DNA of 64,000 nucleotides, taken from NCBI RefSeq assembly GCF_013122565.1, contig NZ_CP053258.1; one strand, written 5' to 3'. The notes under the pieces are model-generated. The model saw only the letters and a program-made list of their open reading frames with translations. It made no database searches and had not been told where the DNA came from. Every line of letters starts with the position of its first letter. Position 1 is the first letter of the stretch. The stretch comes from Escherichia coli (GTDB lineage: Bacteria; Pseudomonadota; Gammaproteobacteria; Enterobacterales; Enterobacteriaceae). Made by a program: the position numbers and the translations under genes. Of the stretch, positions 61,858 through 64,000 are shown piece by piece.

Positions 61858-61971
61858 GGTGTTTAGATCTCAATAGTATTTGGTTTAGATGTAGATTGTT
61901 TAGTGCTTGGATGTGGGCACTAAAAGGCATTATAAGACATTAAACGCAATTCATGAGGGCTAGAGGACGAC

Positions 61972-62247
61972 ATGAGCAAGCAAGTAACACTCATGACTGA
62001 TGCGATTCCTTATCAGGAGTTCGCAAAACTAATAGGAAAATCGACAGGAGCGGTTCGTCGGATGATCGATAAAGGAAAGCTGCCTGTAATTGATATGACC
62101 GATCCACAATCAGCTTCAGGTCGTGCAGGTGAATATTGGGTATACCTTCCGGCATGGAATAACGGACTAAAACTGGCTTATGAAAGCCGCCCTAAAGAGA
62201 TTCGTGACGGCTGGTTGATGTGGTTAGGTCTCGGTGAACCACGTTAA
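61972..62247 (+). CDS. cox: P2-type Cox (excisionase/transcriptional switch, 91 aa)
   Basis: Size, position and divergent orientation to C. Confidence 0.8.
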   Translation: MSKQVTLMTDAIPYQEFAKLIGKSTGAVRRMIDKGKLPVIDMTDPQSASGRAGEYWVYLPAWNNGLKLAYESRPKEIRDGWLMWLGLGEPR

Positions 62248-62428
62248 GGAGAACCGTATGAATGAGCCTCGTTGTATTGCTCAGTTACTGCGTAACGAAA
62301 GCCCCAGGGCGATTGACTTCACCATCACCCACGGTAAGGGGCGTAAGGGAATCATTATCCGCACCAAAAAACAGAGTCCGTTAAAAAAGGCTCTGACCTT
62401 TCTGAAAAGCCGGAGGGTATGGAAATGA
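62234..62428 (+). CDS. Small early-region hypothetical protein (P2 orf78 position)
   Basis: ORF overlapping cox stop; position only. Confidence 0.45.
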   Translation: MNHVKENRMNEPRCIAQLLRNESPRAIDFTITHGKGRKGIIIRTKKQSPLKKALTFLKSRRVWK

Positions 62429-62925
62429 CAGTGATGACGCTCAATCTCGTTGAAAAACAGCCAGCAGCTATGCGCCGGATAATTGGTAAGCATCTTGCCG
62501 TTCCTCGCTGGCAGGATACATGTGATTATTATAATCAGATGATGGAGCGCGAACGGCTAACAGTTTGCTTTCATGCGCAGTTAAAACAGCGTCACGCAAC
62601 GATGCGTTTTGAAGAAATGAACGACGTCGAACGTGAACGACTGGTATGTGCAATTGATGAATTGCGTGGGGCATTCTCAAAACGTCGTCAGGTCGGTGCA
62701 AGTGAGTATGCATATATTAGTTTTTTAACAGTCAGTCAGCGTCGTACTTTATTTATGCATGCCGGATTGACTGAAAAAGAATTTAACCAGCCATACTGGC
62801 GAATTAATGAAGAGTCATGTTACTGGCGTGATGCTTTATTCCGTGCATTACGTGAATTATTCAGCCTGTTTGAGTATGCACCGACAATTCTGACGTCGGT
62901 AAAACCAGAGCAATATCTGCATTAA
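62419..62925 (+). CDS. P2 B-like replication (helicase-loader) protein
   Basis: 168-aa ORF in B position after cox. Confidence 0.65.
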   Translation: MEMTVMTLNLVEKQPAAMRRIIGKHLAVPRWQDTCDYYNQMMERERLTVCFHAQLKQRHATMRFEEMNDVERERLVCAIDELRGAFSKRRQVGASEYAYISFLTVSQRRTLFMHAGLTEKEFNQPYWRINEESCYWRDALFRALRELFSLFEYAPTILTSVKPEQYLH

Positions 62926-62988
62926 GTAATTAACCAGAGTTTTTAACGCACTTAATCGTGCGGGGCTTCTTTTTGCCTGGAGAAAGTT

Positions 62989-63213
62989 ATGCATACAGTT
63001 TCTGAAAATCAGTGCGGTAAATACGCATTACTGCTGCAACAGGCCAGAACCGAAGCACAGGCCGACGCTGCGACGCGCTTTTCTTCTCATCTTGATGCCA
63101 TGATTCGCCACATCACAAAGGCGGAGTTATCCCGCGTGGAGATAGTCGAGCTGCTCAGTCAGGAGTCGGAAAAATTTCACAATATCGGATTGTCTCGCGG
63201 GGAGGTGCTTTGA
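62989..63213 (+). CDS. Early-region hypothetical protein (P2 orf80 position)
   Basis: Position and size. Confidence 0.5.
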   Translation: MHTVSENQCGKYALLLQQARTEAQADAATRFSSHLDAMIRHITKAELSRVEIVELLSQESEKFHNIGLSRGEVL

Positions 63214-63515
63214 TGTCCTGTTCTCGTTCAGTTGTATTACTGAATAACGCCTTAAAAATCGCCGTTATGAAAAATGGCGATTTGTCTCTTATTCAACTTG
63301 GTCTTGATAAAGAAAAACGCGAAATAACTGAGTCTGTTATCGCGATTTATCAGAACGAATTAAACCTCCTGTCTGATGTGGTCAATTTGCTTGTTAAACG
63401 CGCTGTGTTTCACAAGCAAATCTCCTCCGTGGATGAACTGACGAAATTAACGACAGAAATCGCCAGCTATTGCGCTGATGAATTTAAAAACCTTAACAAC
63501 AAAAGGAACTGGTAA
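63210..63515 (+). CDS. Early-region hypothetical protein (P2 orf81 position)
   Basis: Position and size; ATGA overlap with previous ORF. Confidence 0.5.
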   Translation: MMSCSRSVVLLNNALKIAVMKNGDLSLIQLGLDKEKREITESVIAIYQNELNLLSDVVNLLVKRAVFHKQISSVDELTKLTTEIASYCADEFKNLNNKRNW

Positions 63516-63739
63516 TGCCGGACAACGTAGATTTTATTCAGGAACAACAGGCTGAATTACTGGAGCGCCAGATTAACGCGGCAAGGGTAAAACATTGCGG
63601 TGCTTCTGCGATGGTTTGCGAAGAGTGTGACGCGCCAATACCTGCTGCCCGTCGTGCGGCTTATCCGTCAGCCACGCGTTGTGTTTCCTGTCAGTCAGTT
63701 TTTGAAGCAAAAAACAAACATTACCGGAGAACGGCATGA
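63515..63739 (+). CDS. DksA/TraR-type C4 zinc-finger protein (P2 orf82 position)
   Basis: CEECDAPIP...RCVSCQ four-cysteine motif. Confidence 0.6.
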   Translation: MPDNVDFIQEQQAELLERQINAARVKHCGASAMVCEECDAPIPAARRAAYPSATRCVSCQSVFEAKNKHYRRTA

Positions 63740-64000
63740 GTATTCGTATTGAAATTGGCGAACGTTATGTCGTTACCAGTGACAGCTTTCAGTTTATTCT
63801 CCACGAGAAAAAGAGAGCTGAAAGCGGTAAAAACGCCGGTCAGGAATGGCTGGCGGTGGTTGGTTATTACCCGAAATTAAGCCAGCTCGTTTCCGGCCTG
63901 ATGCATCACGATATTCTGACCGGAAGCGCAAAGTCTTTTGCTGATTTAAACGCGCAGGTTGAGCAACTCAGCAAGCGTTGTTCAGAGGCTTTTGGCTCAT
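63736..64000 (+). CDS. Early-region hypothetical protein (P2 orf83 position), 3' end outside window
   Basis: ATG at 63736 overlapping previous stop; open to window end. Confidence 0.45.
   Translation, partial: MSIRIEIGERYVVTSDSFQFILHEKKRAESGKNAGQEWLAVVGYYPKLSQLVSGLMHHDILTGSAKSFADLNAQVEQLSKRCSEAFGS

Larger units (their letters stand above)
60323..64000. mobile_element. Left arm of a P2-like prophage (attL-int-C-cox-B-early orfs), continuing beyond the window
   Basis: Gene order and protein sizes match phage P2 (Int 337 aa, C 99 aa, Cox 91 aa, B ~166 aa). Confidence 0.85.

Noticed and set aside
1-64000. CRISPR arrays, IS elements, tRNA or rRNA genes
   Set aside because: I found no short regularly spaced direct repeats, no transposase-like ORFs with terminal inverted repeats, and no tRNA-like or rRNA-like sequence in the window; the prophage att core here is not visibly inside a tRNA gene.

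Overview
This window reads as an Escherichia coli chromosomal segment syntenic with the K-12 btsR(yehT)–yeh–metG–mrp–yehABCDE–rcnRAB–thiMD–yegXWVUT–fbaB–yegS–yegR region, with four notable differences from K-12. (1) Next to metG there is a co-directional array of four intact ~1250-aa paralogs with an N-terminal WGR-like domain (molR family, a pseudogene in K-12), followed by yehI, yehK and the yehLMPQ genes (MoxR-type AAA+ ATPase, large unknown protein, vWA/MIDAS protein, SWIM zinc-finger protein); I consider this the best candidate for an undescribed system, function unknown. (2) Between yehK and yehL sit two tandem copies of a zor-orz-like type I toxin-antitoxin module. (3) Between fbaB and yegS the K-12 galactitol (gat) genes are replaced by mirror-image ribitol (rbt) and D-arabinitol (dal) catabolic operons. 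(4) After yegR a P2-like prophage begins with the 27-bp att core, int, C, cox and B, and runs off the window. All calls rest on reading the ORF translations, recalled motifs and synteny; no database search was run.
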